From: an uncultured Pseudomonadota bacterium | Lineage (GTDB): Bacteria; Pseudomonadota; Alphaproteobacteria; JACZXZ01 | NCBI GenBank assembly: GCA_963749075.1 | Contig: CAVVLJ010000020.1 | Span: 544,001-608,000 of the forward strand | Direction: 5' to 3' | Length of the DNA stretch: 64,000 nt | In this document: positions 38,253-48,215 of the stretch, piece after piece | Position numbering within the stretch: the stretch's first letter is position 1 | How the letters are laid out: each line of letters starts with the position of its first letter | Notes under the pieces: generated by a model | The model's database searches: none | What the model was told of the DNA's origin: nothing | Seen by the model: the letters and a program-made list of their open reading frames with translations, nothing else | Program-made: the position numbers and the translations under genes

Positions 38253-39677
38253 CTACCTCCTCTGGAATTCGCGGCTGGCGAAGACGAGGGTCAGCTTGGC
38301 GACCGGATCGCCGGCGGACGCGATCGTCTTGAGGGTCGAGGGCGAGGCCACGGGTGCGATCGTCTCGCGCGCAATGGCCTCGGCGGGGGTGCCGCCGGCC
38401 AGCTTGTGCGCTGCAGCATCGGCCCACTCGATGCGGTGCATGAGCGCCTCGGGCGCCAGCCAGTCGGACGCCCGGTCGGGCCAGCCCGCGGGCGAGGGTG
38501 CCGCGAAGGGCGGCTGGCCGAGAACGCGCAGCGACTGCACGAGCACGCGCGGCTCCTGCGGCACGAAGCCGCTCGCGCGCACGAGCGAGACGACGAGGTC
38601 CTGGGGCGTCTTCACCTTGGCCAGCGGGTCGCGCCACGCCTCCGGCGCCTCGACGAGCGCCCGTGTTACGGCCCCGAGGTTGCCGTCGCTCCTCAGATAG
38701 ACCGCGGCCAGGCGCGCCACCGCCGCCGCCGGCGGCTCGTCGGCGATGAAATGGCGCGCGAGCTTGAGCGCGAGATGATGCGCCGTCGCCGGGTGGCGGG
38801 CGAGGTTGCCGATCGCCGCCTCGGCCTCCTCCATCCCGGCCTCGCGATAGGTGACGCCGAGCAGCGTCTTGGGCCCCGGCTCATGGATGCGCGGGGCGAA
38901 GTGGAAGCTGCCGCCGCCCGGCTGGCGCGGCGGCACGATGCTCCAGCCCGTCAGCATGCGCGCCATGGCCTCCACGTCGCGCTGGCCGTAGCCGCCGTTG
39001 ACGCCGAGGGTGTGGAGCTCGAGGAGCTCGCGGCCGAGGTTCTCGTTGATGCCCTTGCCGAGGCGCAAGCCCGCCATCGAGTCGGGCCCGATCGAGCGCG
39101 CATTGTCGAGATAGAGCAGCATCGCCGGATGGCGCAGCACGGCGCCCACCATGTCGGCGAAGCGGCCCAGCACGTGCGGCCGGATGGCCTCGCGCTCGAA
39201 GGGACCGCAGAGGCCGGCGACCACGGGGCGCTGGATCGAGACGGTGAAATGGTTCGACCAGAAGGCGACGAGCCGCTCGACGAGCGGCGTCGTGCTCTCT
39301 ATTGCGGCGTGCGTGCGCGCCACCGCCTCGGCGAGATAGACCTCGCGGATCGGCCGGGCGAGGTTGGCGAGTGCCGCCTTGGCCGTCGCCGCTGCGGGCT
39401 CTTCCATGGGTTCGGCCATGTTGGCGCGCCGCGCGAACGCAACCTGGTTGCCGGCTGCGAGCTGCTTCCTCTCCTCCTGGATCTCGAGGCGCAGCGCAAA
39501 GAAGCGCTGCACCTGCTCCTGCGGGGGCGGCAGGCTCGCAAGTGCGGCCGGCGCCTCCGGTGCGGCAAGCTGGTGGAGGAGCCAGCCGCGCGGGTCGCCG
39601 GCAATGCGCCCCAGATCTCCCGGCCGCGGGCCGAGCCCGAAGCGATTCGCCGCGATGAAGGCCTGTTCGAGCGCCAT
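38253..39677 (-). CDS. DUF1800 family protein
   Basis: NRFGLG, ERLVAFWSNHF, MLLYLDN, NENLGRELLELHTLG. Confidence 0.88.
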   Translation of the reverse strand: MALEQAFIAANRFGLGPRPGDLGRIAGDPRGWLLHQLAAPEAPAALASLPPPQEQVQRFFALRLEIQEERKQLAAGNQVAFARRANMAEPMEEPAAATAKAALANLARPIREVYLAEAVARTHAAIESTTPLVERLVAFWSNHFTVSIQRPVVAGLCGPFEREAIRPHVLGRFADMVGAVLRHPAMLLYLDNARSIGPDSMAGLRLGKGINENLGRELLELHTLGVNGGYGQRDVEAMARMLTGWSIVPPRQPGGGSFHFAPRIHEPGPKTLLGVTYREAGMEEAEAAIGNLARHPATAHHLALKLARHFIADEPPAAAVARLAAVYLRSDGNLGAVTRALVEAPEAWRDPLAKVKTPQDLVVSLVRASGFVPQEPRVLVQSLRVLGQPPFAAPSPAGWPDRASDWLAPEALMHRIEWADAAAHKLAGGTPAEAIARETIAPVASPSTLKTIASAGDPVAKLTLVFASREFQRR

Positions 39678-39780
39678 GGGCGCGCCTCAAATTTGATTAA
39701 AATGCTTGCTGCACGCGTATCATCGCATGCCGTCCAGGATACGCCCTTGAAAGCACAATCCTGCGGCCGGCGCCAGCCCG

Positions 39781-40422
39781 TCAAGCGCCGAGGCGCAGCA
39801 CCCGGCCGCCCGCGGCACGGGCGTCCGCCGCGTCGTGGGTGACGAGGAGTGCGGGCAGCGCGCGCAGCACTATGTGGCCGAAGACGAAGCGGCGGAACTC
39901 CTCGCGCAGCGCCGCATCGAGCCTGTTGAAGGGCTCGTCGAGGAGGAGTGCCTCCGGCTCGGCGAGGAGGATGCGCAAGAGCGAGACGCGCGCGCGCTGG
40001 CCGCCCGAGAGCGTGGCCGGATCGCGCCGCGCGAAGCCGGCGAGCCCCGCCTCGCCGAGTGCCGCCTCGATGCGGGCGCCGCGCTCGGCCTTGCCGCGCA
40101 CCGCGGCTGCCAAGCCGAAGGCCAGGTTGCCGCCGACCGAGAGGTGCGGGAAGAGCAGGTCGTCCTGGAAGAGGATGCCGAGGCGGCGCTCCTCGGGCGG
40201 CAGCTCGGTGACCTCGCGCTCGCCCACGAAGACGCGGCCGCGCGCGCTGAAGGCGGGGTCCGCGGTGCCGCAGATGAAGGCGAGGAGCGTCGACTTGCCG
40301 GCACCGCTCGCTCCCATGATCGTCACCACCTCGCCCGGCGCCACGGCAAGATCGAGCGCCGGCACGAGGATGCGGCCGGCAAGCGCCAGCTCGACGCCTT
40401 CGAGGCGGAGTGCCCCGCTCAT
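39781..40422 (-). CDS. ynjD: YnjD-like ABC ATP-binding protein
   Basis: MGASGAGKST, LFQDDLLFPHLSV, LSGGQRAR. Confidence 0.82.
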   Translation of the reverse strand: MSGALRLEGVELALAGRILVPALDLAVAPGEVVTIMGASGAGKSTLLAFICGTADPAFSARGRVFVGEREVTELPPEERRLGILFQDDLLFPHLSVGGNLAFGLAAAVRGKAERGARIEAALGEAGLAGFARRDPATLSGGQRARVSLLRILLAEPEALLLDEPFNRLDAALREEFRRFVFGHIVLRALPALLVTHDAADARAAGGRVLRLGA

Positions 40423-42149
40423 CCCGGCCGCACGTGCCCGCGCCGCCAGGCCGAGAGTGCGGCGGGAAAGAGGATGGCAAGGCCGAAGGCGAGGAGCGGC
40501 AGGAGCGACTGGAGGAAGGCGTAGACCGCGATGACGCGGCGGTCGGCACCCGCGGCGAGCGTCACCGCCTCGGTCGTCAGCGTGGCGAGCCGGCCGGCGC
40601 CGGCAAAGACGGTCGGCAGGTACTGGCCGACGCTGACCGCGAAGCCGACCGCGGCGGCGATGAGGAGCGGGCGCAGCAGCATGGGGAGCTTGACGCGGAG
40701 GAGGACGCGCGCCGGCCGGGCGCCGAGGCAGCGCGCCGTGCGCGCGTAGCGCGGGTCGAGCGCGCGCCAGGGATCGGCGAGCGAGAGGAAGACGTAGGGC
40801 AGCACGAAGAGGAGATGGGCCCAGACGACGGCGGCGAAGGTGCCGTCGAGGTCGAGGCGCAGGAGCAGCACTTGCGCGCCGAAGAGGAAGGCGATCTGCG
40901 GCACCAGGAGCGGCGCGTAGAGGAGCCAGAGCGCCTTGGCACCGGCGCGGGCGCCGCTCTCCTCCTCGTTCTCGAGGCAGGCGAGGGTGAGCGCGAGCGC
41001 GAGCGCCGTCGCCGCGAGCGCCACGGAGCACGTCGTCGCGGTGGGCCAGGCGAGGCTCCTGAGCGCGTGCCGCCAGGTGGCGAGCGTCCAGCCGCCCGGC
41101 AGGCTCGCGGGAAAGCGCCAGGCCGAGGCCACGGACCAGAGGGCGATGCCCAGCATGCTGAGCATGCTCAGCATCATGAGGAGGAGCGGGGCCAAGGCGG
41201 CCAGGCGCAGGCCCGGCTCGGCCGCGCGCCCGCGGCCGCCGCGCGCGATCCAGCGCCGCCCGAGCGACCCGGCCGCGGCCTCGCCCAGGCGCCAGAGGCC
41301 GGTCGCCGCGGCGACGATGGCAAGGAGCAGAGAGGCGGCGGCGGCGGCCGGGAAATAGAGCGTCACGTCCGGGTTGGAGAACCAGCGCAGGGCGAGCACC
41401 GCAAGCGGCGGCGGATTGCCCGGCCCCAGGATGAGGGCGATGTCGACGACCGAGAGCGAGAAGGCGAGTACGGCATAGACCGGCAGGCGGATCTGCGGAT
41501 AGATCTGCGGCAGCACGATCTTGATCCAGGCGACGCAGCGGCCGTAGCCGAGCGCCCGCGCCACGTCGAGCTGGGCACGCGCCGGCACCTGGTTGAGGGC
41601 GGCGAGCGTCATGAGGAGGAGGTAGGGCACCTCCTTGACGAGGAGGCCCAAGACGAGGGCGAAGCCCCAGGGATCGCCCACGCTCGCCACGTCGGGCGGC
41701 AGCGTCCAGCCGGTGAGCCACGGCGAGACGAGGCGGGCAAGCCAGCCGCTCGGCGCCAGGAGGAAGGCGAGCCCGATCGCCATCGCCGAATGGGGCGAGG
41801 AGAGGAGCGGGGCCAGCATCGCCTGCACGCCGCGAAAGGCCGGCCGGCCATGGGCCCAGGCGCAAAGCGCCACGGTGAGCGCGAGGGCGGCCGCGGTGGC
41901 GGCAAGGCCGGTCGAGAGCGTGAGACGCAAGGCGGTGGCGAAGCCTGGATGGGCGAAGAGCTGCCGCCAGGGGGCGAGGCCGAGGTGCGCGCCGCCGAGT
42001 GCCGGCAGGTAGCCGAAGGCCGGCAGCAGCGTGCCCAAGAGCCCCGCCGCGATCGGCAGCAGGAAGGCGGCGACGGTCGCGGCGGGTGCCGCGCGCAGCA
42101 GGCGGCCGGCGCGCCGCGGCCGCGCGGCAGCGAGAGCGCCGCGCGGCAC
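40419..42149 (-). CDS. ynjC: YnjC-like double-domain ABC permease
   Basis: LLPAFGYLP, PSGWLAR, KEVPY, QYLPT..AGAGR; GTG start estimated. Confidence 0.8.
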   Translation of the reverse strand: MPRGALAAARPRRAGRLLRAAPAATVAAFLLPIAAGLLGTLLPAFGYLPALGGAHLGLAPWRQLFAHPGFATALRLTLSTGLAATAAALALTVALCAWAHGRPAFRGVQAMLAPLLSSPHSAMAIGLAFLLAPSGWLARLVSPWLTGWTLPPDVASVGDPWGFALVLGLLVKEVPYLLLMTLAALNQVPARAQLDVARALGYGRCVAWIKIVLPQIYPQIRLPVYAVLAFSLSVVDIALILGPGNPPPLAVLALRWFSNPDVTLYFPAAAAASLLLAIVAAATGLWRLGEAAAGSLGRRWIARGGRGRAAEPGLRLAALAPLLLMMLSMLSMLGIALWSVASAWRFPASLPGGWTLATWRHALRSLAWPTATTCSVALAATALALALTLACLENEEESGARAGAKALWLLYAPLLVPQIAFLFGAQVLLLRLDLDGTFAAVVWAHLLFVLPYVFLSLADPWRALDPRYARTARCLGARPARVLLRVKLPMLLRPLLIAAAVGFAVSVGQYLPTVFAGAGRLATLTTEAVTLAAGADRRVIAVYAFLQSLLPLLAFGLAILFPAALSAWRRGHVRPG

Positions 42150-43477
42150 TATCTCGTGTAGCGCTGCTCCCATTCCGCGGCGATCCGGGTCATCCAGGAG
42201 GGATGCGGCTCGAGCAGCACGTTGCCGAGCTCGGCAGGGGTGGGGAGTGCTGGGCTCTGCGGCAGCTCGGCGAAGAGCTTCTGCTCCTCGGGCGCGAGCT
42301 TGTCCAAGTCGAGCACCGTGAGGCTGCCCATCTGGCGGATGTCCTCGGCATGCGCCTGGGTCGCGGGTGCCAGGAGGAAATTGGCGACCACCATGGCGCC
42401 GGCCTTGTGCGCGGCGTTGTAGGGGATGGCGACGAAGCTCGTGTTGCCGATGGTGCCGCGCGCGAGCGTCGCGGTGCGCACCGAGGGCGGCAGCAGGCCG
42501 GCCGCGATGTCGACCGCCGCCTCGGCCGGATTGAAGGAGATCATCATGTCGAGCTCGCCGTCGTCGAGGAGCTGGCGCATGGCCGGCCCGCTCGCGGGGA
42601 ACTCCCGGCCGCCCCGCCAGAGGAGCGGGCGCAGCGCGTCGTACCAGGACCACAAGGGCGCCGTCACCGCAGCGAAGCTCGCATCGCTCGCCGGCTCCTG
42701 CAAGCGCGCGGGATCGGGTGCGAGCTCGTAGAGCGCCTGCTTCAAGAAGGTGGCGCCGAGGAAATTGCGCACGGCCGGATGGGTGAAGCGGCCGGGATGG
42801 CGGCGCGCCCAGGAAAGAAAGTCGGGGATCGAGCGCGGCACGTCCTCCACACGGGCGCTGTCGTAGACGAAGACGACCTGCGCCATGCGCCACGGCGATT
42901 CGAGGCCGTCCACGGGCACCGTGAAGTCGACGAGGTTGGAGGGCTTGTGGCGCGTGTCGACGTAGCGCATGTTAGGCAAGCGATCGGTGAACGGTCCGTA
43001 GAGCAGGTGCTGCTCCTTCATGGCGAGGAAATTGGGCCCGTTGATCCAGACGAGGTCGACCGCGCCGCCGGCGTCGCGGCCGGCCGCCTTCTCCGCCACC
43101 ACGCGGGTCACCGCCTCGGCGGTGTCGCTGAGCGGCACCTGACGGAGCGTCACGCCATAGCGCCGGCCCACCTCTTGCCCCACCCAGGCGATGAAGTCGT
43201 TGGTCTTGGCGTCGCCCGCCCAGGCGTTCCAATAAACGGTCTCGCCCCGCGCGCGGGCGAGGATGTCGTCCCAGCCCTCGCTGCGTGCCGCGTGGGTCGC
43301 GAGGATCAGGGCGAGGAGTGCGAGGGAGACGAGTGTCAGGCGCCTCGGCCCGCCACGACCCCCCTCCCTACCCTCCCCCTCAAGGGGGGAGGGGCATTTA
43401 CTTGTTATGCTATGCGATGTGCACCCCCTCCCCCCTTGAGGGGGAGGGTTGGGGAGGGGGGTAGGACAGGCGCTCAC
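42149..43477 (-). CDS. ynjB: YnjB-like ABC substrate-binding protein; the 5' end contains an in-frame palindromic element
   Basis: ARGETVYWNAWAG, DLVWINGPNF, DFTVPVDGLESPW, PHPSW; GTG at 43477 overlaps the radical SAM TGA. Confidence 0.8.
   Translation of the reverse strand: MSACPTPLPNPPPQGGRGCTSHSITSKCPSPLEGEGREGGRGGPRRLTLVSLALLALILATHAARSEGWDDILARARGETVYWNAWAGDAKTNDFIAWVGQEVGRRYGVTLRQVPLSDTAEAVTRVVAEKAAGRDAGGAVDLVWINGPNFLAMKEQHLLYGPFTDRLPNMRYVDTRHKPSNLVDFTVPVDGLESPWRMAQVVFVYDSARVEDVPRSIPDFLSWARRHPGRFTHPAVRNFLGATFLKQALYELAPDPARLQEPASDASFAAVTAPLWSWYDALRPLLWRGGREFPASGPAMRQLLDDGELDMMISFNPAEAAVDIAAGLLPPSVRTATLARGTIGNTSFVAIPYNAAHKAGAMVVANFLLAPATQAHAEDIRQMGSLTVLDLDKLAPEEQKLFAELPQSPALPTPAELGNVLLEPHPSWMTRIAAEWEQRYTR
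43356..43465. repeat. Inverted doublet of the CCCTCCCCCTCAAGGGGGGAGGGG element
   Basis: Arms about 43358-43394 and 43424-43462; inverted copy of 20698-20800 with a different spacer. Confidence 0.88.
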
Positions 43478-44538
43478 GCGCCGCGCTCCCTCGCCGCACG
43501 GCGCCGCTCGCGCGCCGCGGCGAGCACGGGCCCCAGCATCTCCTCGTGGAAGCGGTCGCAGCCGATGCAGAGGTTCCGGTAGGGGCGGCCCGCAGGCGTC
43601 GCGGTCGACGAGCGCTCCAGGAAGCGCTCCTCGCTCCAGCCCTGGGCGATGCCCATGCGCTCCGGATGCCCCATCGAGATCGCCTCGTAGGCGGGAACGC
43701 CCGTGAGCGAGTCGAGGATGTCGATGAGGCCGTCCTCCAAGAGGCTGCCCAACGGCAGCTTGGTCTTGATGCAGCACGGGTAGAGGCTGCCGTCGGGCTC
43801 GACGGAGACCTCCGAGCCGCTGTAGCGGTGGCTCAGGAAATTGAGCCCGCCCGACCAGCGATTGCAGAAATTGTCGGCGAGCGTGGCGCGGCTGAGGTCG
43901 TTCTGCCAGGCGCGGCCGCGCGGCCACAGCTTGCCGATCCAGGAGTCGGGCGTGGCGCCGAAGAAGCTGTAGTACTGCCCGCTCTCCTCGTGCCACTTGC
44001 GGCTCTCCGAGGAGAGCCCGGAGGGCGCCATGCCGTGGCGCTCGAAGAGGCGCGAGAGCTCCTCCATGAAGGCGGCCTGGCGCTCGGCCCCCTCGAGGCC
44101 GACGTGGTAATCGTCCACGCCGGCGACGGAGATCATCGAGACGCCGCGAGAGAGGAGCTCGTCCACGATTCTGTCGGTCACGAGATCGCCGGTCGTCTGC
44201 ACCACGATCTTGACGCCGCCTTGGGCCGCATAGCGGCGCGCGAGCCGCTCGATGACCGGATAGGTGACGCGCTCGCGCACCTCGTCGAGGAGGCACTCGC
44301 CGCCCGAGAGGATGACGCGGCCGACCTTCTCGGCAAGCGTGCCGTCGGCTTGCGGCTCGTCGCGGTCGAGATAGGTCATGCGCTCGGGAAAGTGATCGAC
44401 GATGCGGGGGAAATTCGCCGCCGCCTCGGCGAGGACGCCTGCCAGCCCCTCGCGCACGTAGGGATGGAAGCGCTCCTCGTAGCAATGGCGGCAGCGCCGG
44501 TGGCAGGCCCAGCTCATGACGTAGTAGATCGATTCCAT
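43474..44538 (-). CDS. Radical SAM protein with SPASM/twitch-like C-terminus
   Basis: CHRRCRHC, ILSGGE, FC...SVEPDGSLYPCC, CIGC. Confidence 0.87.
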   Translation of the reverse strand: MESIYYVMSWACHRRCRHCYEERFHPYVREGLAGVLAEAAANFPRIVDHFPERMTYLDRDEPQADGTLAEKVGRVILSGGECLLDEVRERVTYPVIERLARRYAAQGGVKIVVQTTGDLVTDRIVDELLSRGVSMISVAGVDDYHVGLEGAERQAAFMEELSRLFERHGMAPSGLSSESRKWHEESGQYYSFFGATPDSWIGKLWPRGRAWQNDLSRATLADNFCNRWSGGLNFLSHRYSGSEVSVEPDGSLYPCCIKTKLPLGSLLEDGLIDILDSLTGVPAYEAISMGHPERMGIAQGWSEERFLERSSTATPAGRPYRNLCIGCDRFHEEMLGPVLAAARERRRAARERGA

Positions 44539-44572
44539 GGGACTCCCCGGCCTCGCCTCGGCGCCGGCGCGC

Positions 44573-45376
44573 TTACGCCTGCGGCCGCCAGCGAAGAAGA
44601 TAGCGCTCCACGCGCTCGATCGCGAGGTCGATGCCGAGCACCACGATCGAGGTGAGGATGAGGCCGGCGAAGACCCCGGTGGTGTCGAAGACGCCCTGCG
44701 CCTGGGCCACCACGTAGCCGATGCCCTTGGAGGCGCCGATGTACTCGCCGACCACGGCACCCACGAGTGCGAAGCCGATCGAGGTATGGAGGCTCGAGAA
44801 GATCCAGGCCATGGCCGAGGGCAGATAGACGTGGCGCATGAGCTGATGGTCGGAGGCCTGCAGCATGCGCGCGTTGTTGAGGATGACGGGATCGACCTCG
44901 CGTATGCCCTGAAAGGTGTTGAAGAACACCACGAAGAACACGAGCGTCACGCCGAGCGCGATCTTGGAGGCCATGCCGAGCCCGAACCAGATGATGAGGA
45001 TGGGGGCGAGGATGACGCGCGGCAGCGCGTTCATGACGCGGATATAGGGGTCGAACACGGCGGCGAGGAGCTCGACCCGCGCGAGCGCCAGGCCTGCCGC
45101 GACGCCGGTCACGATGCCGATCGCGAAGGCGGCCATCGCCTCGGTGAGCGTCGTCGCCAGATGGATCCAGATGTAGCCGGTCCAGATCCACTGCGCCATG
45201 CGCAGGGCGATTTGAGACGGCATGCTGAAGAAAAAGGGATCGAGCCAGCCCGTACGCGAGAGCGCCTCCCAGGCGCCCATGCTCGCCGCGAAGAAGCCGA
45301 TCCGCAGCGCGAGGATGAGCCGGCGGCTCGTCCGCTTGCGCGTGACGACGACGGCGGCGCTCTGCTCACGTGCCAC
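44573..45376 (-). CDS. NitT/TauT-type ABC permease
   Basis: NALPRVILAP..IIWFGLG, VVGEYIG..GIG. Confidence 0.88.
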   Translation of the reverse strand: MAREQSAAVVVTRKRTSRRLILALRIGFFAASMGAWEALSRTGWLDPFFFSMPSQIALRMAQWIWTGYIWIHLATTLTEAMAAFAIGIVTGVAAGLALARVELLAAVFDPYIRVMNALPRVILAPILIIWFGLGMASKIALGVTLVFFVVFFNTFQGIREVDPVILNNARMLQASDHQLMRHVYLPSAMAWIFSSLHTSIGFALVGAVVGEYIGASKGIGYVVAQAQGVFDTTGVFAGLILTSIVVLGIDLAIERVERYLLRWRPQA

Positions 45377-46217
45377 GGCCGGGCTCCGCGCGGTCCTCTG
45401 CCATGTGCTTCATCACCTCGTCGCGCAGGTCCGCCCAGATGCGCTTGTAGAGCGCGTTGAAGGCGGGATCGAGGCGGATCTCGGCCACGTCGCGCGGCCG
45501 CTTAAGCGCGATGCCGTAGTCGCCCTTGAGGCGCGCCGGGCCGGTCGAGAGCACGACCACGCGGTCGGCGAGTGCGATCGCCTCCTCGAGGTCGTGGGTG
45601 ATGAAGAGCACGGTCTTGCTGCTGCCCTGCCACAGCTCGAGTAGCTCGTTCTCCATGATCTGGCGCGTCTGCACGTCGAGGGAGGCGAAGGGCTCGTCCA
45701 TGAGGAGGATGCGCGGGTCTGTGATCCACGCCTGGGCGATCGCTGCGCGCTTGCGCATGCCGCCCGAGAGCTGGTGGGGAAAGCGGTCCTCGAAGCCGGC
45801 GAGGCCGACGCGCGCGAGCCAGCGCCGCGCCTCGGCCCTGGCCTCGGCGTGAGCGACGCCGCGGAAGACGAGGCCGAGCTTGACGTTGTCGAGCACCGTG
45901 CGCCACGGCAGCAGGGCATCTTGCTGGAAGAGATAGGCGGCGTGCGGGTTGACGCCCGTGAGCTGCTCGCCGAACACCGAGACGCGCCCCTCGGGCGGAA
46001 AGAGGAGCCCGGCGGCGGCGTTGAGCAGGGTCGATTTGCCGCAGCCCGACGGCCCCACGATGGCGACGAAGGTTCCCGTCTCGATTGCGAGATCGATGCC
46101 GCTCATCACCGTGTGGACGGCGCCCGCGGGCGTGGCGAAGCGCACGGTCACGCCCTCGAAGGCGATCGCCGGCGCGCCGTCAGGCCGGGGCACCGGCCCG
46201 CCTGCAATAGACGCCAC
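45366..46217 (-). CDS. NitT/TauT-type ABC ATP-binding protein
   Basis: GPSGCGKST, LSGGMRKR, LMDEPF, THDLEEAI; start uncertain (46217 or 46193). Confidence 0.88.
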   Translation of the reverse strand: MASIAGGPVPRPDGAPAIAFEGVTVRFATPAGAVHTVMSGIDLAIETGTFVAIVGPSGCGKSTLLNAAAGLLFPPEGRVSVFGEQLTGVNPHAAYLFQQDALLPWRTVLDNVKLGLVFRGVAHAEARAEARRWLARVGLAGFEDRFPHQLSGGMRKRAAIAQAWITDPRILLMDEPFASLDVQTRQIMENELLELWQGSSKTVLFITHDLEEAIALADRVVVLSTGPARLKGDYGIALKRPRDVAEIRLDPAFNALYKRIWADLRDEVMKHMAEDRAEPGRGT

Positions 46218-46240
46218 CCGCCCCCATGCGGTCCCGCCGC

Positions 46241-47311
46241 TCAGTGGGTGGGGATGCCGAACTTCGCGGCCGCCTTCTCGGCGTAGGCATTGGTGTAGGT
46301 CTTCGCGAGATCGACGTGGGCCTGCGCCACCTCGGCGTCCGACTGGCTGAAGACGTCCAGCACCGCCTGGGCGCCCTTCGGGTCCATGAGGCCGTTCTCC
46401 GAGTACATGGGGATCGTGTTGACGAGGGCTGCGAGATAGAGCGCCTTGTCCTGGCCCACGTATTCCGCGGGCATCTTCTCCATGATCTCCGCGGGCGTGT
46501 GCCCATGAATCCACTTGAGCGTCTCGACGACGGCATCGGTCAGCCCCTGGGCCTCCTTGGCGTGGGCTGCCACCCAGGCCTCAGGCGCGTAGAGGGCGCC
46601 GCCCGGGTAATCGCCGCCGAACACCTTGCGCGTGTCCGCGGCGGTGCGCGTGTCGACCAGGATGCGCAAGTCCTTGTGGCGCGCCTTGAGCTGGGTCACC
46701 GCCGGGTCGAGCATGACGGCCGCCTGCACCTGGCCCTGCTCCATCGCGGCAATCGCCGTGGCGCCGAGGCCGACGCCGAGGGCCGGCACCTTGGCCGGGT
46801 CGTAGCCGCCCTTCTTGAGCGCGTATTTGAGGAAGAAATCGGTGGACGAGCCGGGTGCCGAGACGCCGACGTTGTGGCCGACGAGGTCGCCCACGGATTT
46901 GATCGTATCGGTGAACTTGGGCGAGACCACGAGGACGAGGCCGGGGAAGCGGTCGTAGATCACGAAGGCCTCGAGGAGCTTGCCCTTGGGCGCGAGCTCG
47001 ACCGTATGGTCGTAATAGCCGGAGACCACGTCGGCGCTGCCGCCGAGCACCGCGGTCAAGGCCTCGGAGCCGCCCTTGAGCGCGATCATCTCCACGTCGA
47101 CGCCGTTCTTCGCATAGAGGCCGAGCTGGTTGGCCAGCACCGTCGGCAGATAGCAGAGGCAACCGGCACCGCCGATGGCGAGCTTCACGTGGGGATTGTC
47201 CGCCGCTTCAGCCGCACCGACGCCAGAGAGCAGCCCGGCCGCCAGCGCTATCGCCGCGATCCGCCGCAAGGTCGCGCGGCCGCCTCGCGGCATCTTCCAT
47301 GGGTTTCCCAT
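46241..47311 (-). CDS. NitT/TauT-type ABC substrate-binding protein
   Basis: Signal peptide, CLCYLP..LA.QLG, DVVSGYYDHT, GVSAPGSST. Confidence 0.87.
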   Translation of the reverse strand: MGNPWKMPRGGRATLRRIAAIALAAGLLSGVGAAEAADNPHVKLAIGGAGCLCYLPTVLANQLGLYAKNGVDVEMIALKGGSEALTAVLGGSADVVSGYYDHTVELAPKGKLLEAFVIYDRFPGLVLVVSPKFTDTIKSVGDLVGHNVGVSAPGSSTDFFLKYALKKGGYDPAKVPALGVGLGATAIAAMEQGQVQAAVMLDPAVTQLKARHKDLRILVDTRTAADTRKVFGGDYPGGALYAPEAWVAAHAKEAQGLTDAVVETLKWIHGHTPAEIMEKMPAEYVGQDKALYLAALVNTIPMYSENGLMDPKGAQAVLDVFSQSDAEVAQAHVDLAKTYTNAYAEKAAAKFGIPTH

Positions 47312-47428
47312 CACCGTTTCCTCCCTTGGGGGCAATTACGTTGACCGCCTCGTCTCAGGGCATGGCGCTACCCTAGCGGGCGGGGGCAGCGCGAACAAGG
47401 GGCGGTCGAGTACGCCTGCAGTACCGCC

Positions 47429-47548
47429 GTGGGTCCTTCGAGACGCGCCCCTTCGGGGCGCTCCTCAGGACGAGGTCAATTTGTGTGTGGCAGAAATGCT
47501 GTTCCTCGTCCTGAGGAGCGAGCGCAGCGAGCGTCTCGAAGGACCCAC
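47429..47548. repeat. REP-like palindromic doublet (CCTTCGAGACG...CTCCTCAGGA family)
   Basis: Arms 47429-47475 and 47504-47548 are mutually inverted; same family as 1995-2105. Confidence 0.85.
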
Positions 47549-47621
47549 CGTAGCCGGTCCGAGACACCTTTGACCACGCGGCGCTACGGGAGGGTAATGC
47601 GCGCGTCAACGGCCGTGCGTG

Positions 47622-48215
47622 CTAGCGCTCGCCGCCCGGATAGTGCTTTTCCAGCGTCGCGCCGCACGTCTCGACCGCGGCGATGAAGCCGTCGGCAAGC
47701 CGGCCCGCCTGGACCGCGGCGACGAAGCGGGCGACGAGCTGATTCCAGGTGTCCGGCGCGACGCGGCCGTGGATCTCGCGGTCGGCGAGCACCTCGACGT
47801 AACGCTCGCCGAGCGACACGAAGAACAGCACGCCATTGCGGTGCTGCGCGCTGCCCACGATTCGGGTGGCGAACTCGCGCTGAGCGAGCTGCCGCGCGTG
47901 CTCGCGCCTGATGGCGCCAGGGACGATGCGCAAGCGGAGCGGCCGCCAATCGAGAACGAGAGCGAGCGCTATGAAGAGCGCGGCGTTGACGAGGAAGCCC
48001 TCGCCGATGGAGAGCGCCGGGCGGAGCAGCGCCAGCACGCCCGTGACCGAGAGCGCGGCGACCGCGGCCCAGGCCACCGGGAAAAGCGCATAGCGCTCGC
48101 TCGCCGGCACGATCACGAGTGCTATGTGCGCGCTGGTTCGACGTTCCGCGTCGGCAACGGCGGCGCCGATGCGCTCGCGCTCCTCTTGCGTGAGGGGAAC
48201 CTTGGCCGTCACCAT
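47622..48215 (-). CDS. TPM domain membrane protein
   Basis: AE.RTS..I, RNGVLFFVSLGERYVEVLAD; position in a LemA operon. Confidence 0.82.
   Translation of the reverse strand: MVTAKVPLTQEERERIGAAVADAERRTSAHIALVIVPASERYALFPVAWAAVAALSVTGVLALLRPALSIGEGFLVNAALFIALALVLDWRPLRLRIVPGAIRREHARQLAQREFATRIVGSAQHRNGVLFFVSLGERYVEVLADREIHGRVAPDTWNQLVARFVAAVQAGRLADGFIAAVETCGATLEKHYPGGER

Noticed and set aside
41155-41174. Perfect 20-bp palindrome ATGCTGAGCATGCTCAGCAT inside ynjC
   Set aside because: It is explained by a short codon repeat (Met-Leu-Ser) in a transmembrane segment, and there is no second copy.
42149-44485. 778-aa ORF suggesting a radical SAM-YnjB fusion
   Set aside because: The radical SAM gene is in a different frame and ends at 43474. 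The upstream part of this ORF is an off-frame shadow.
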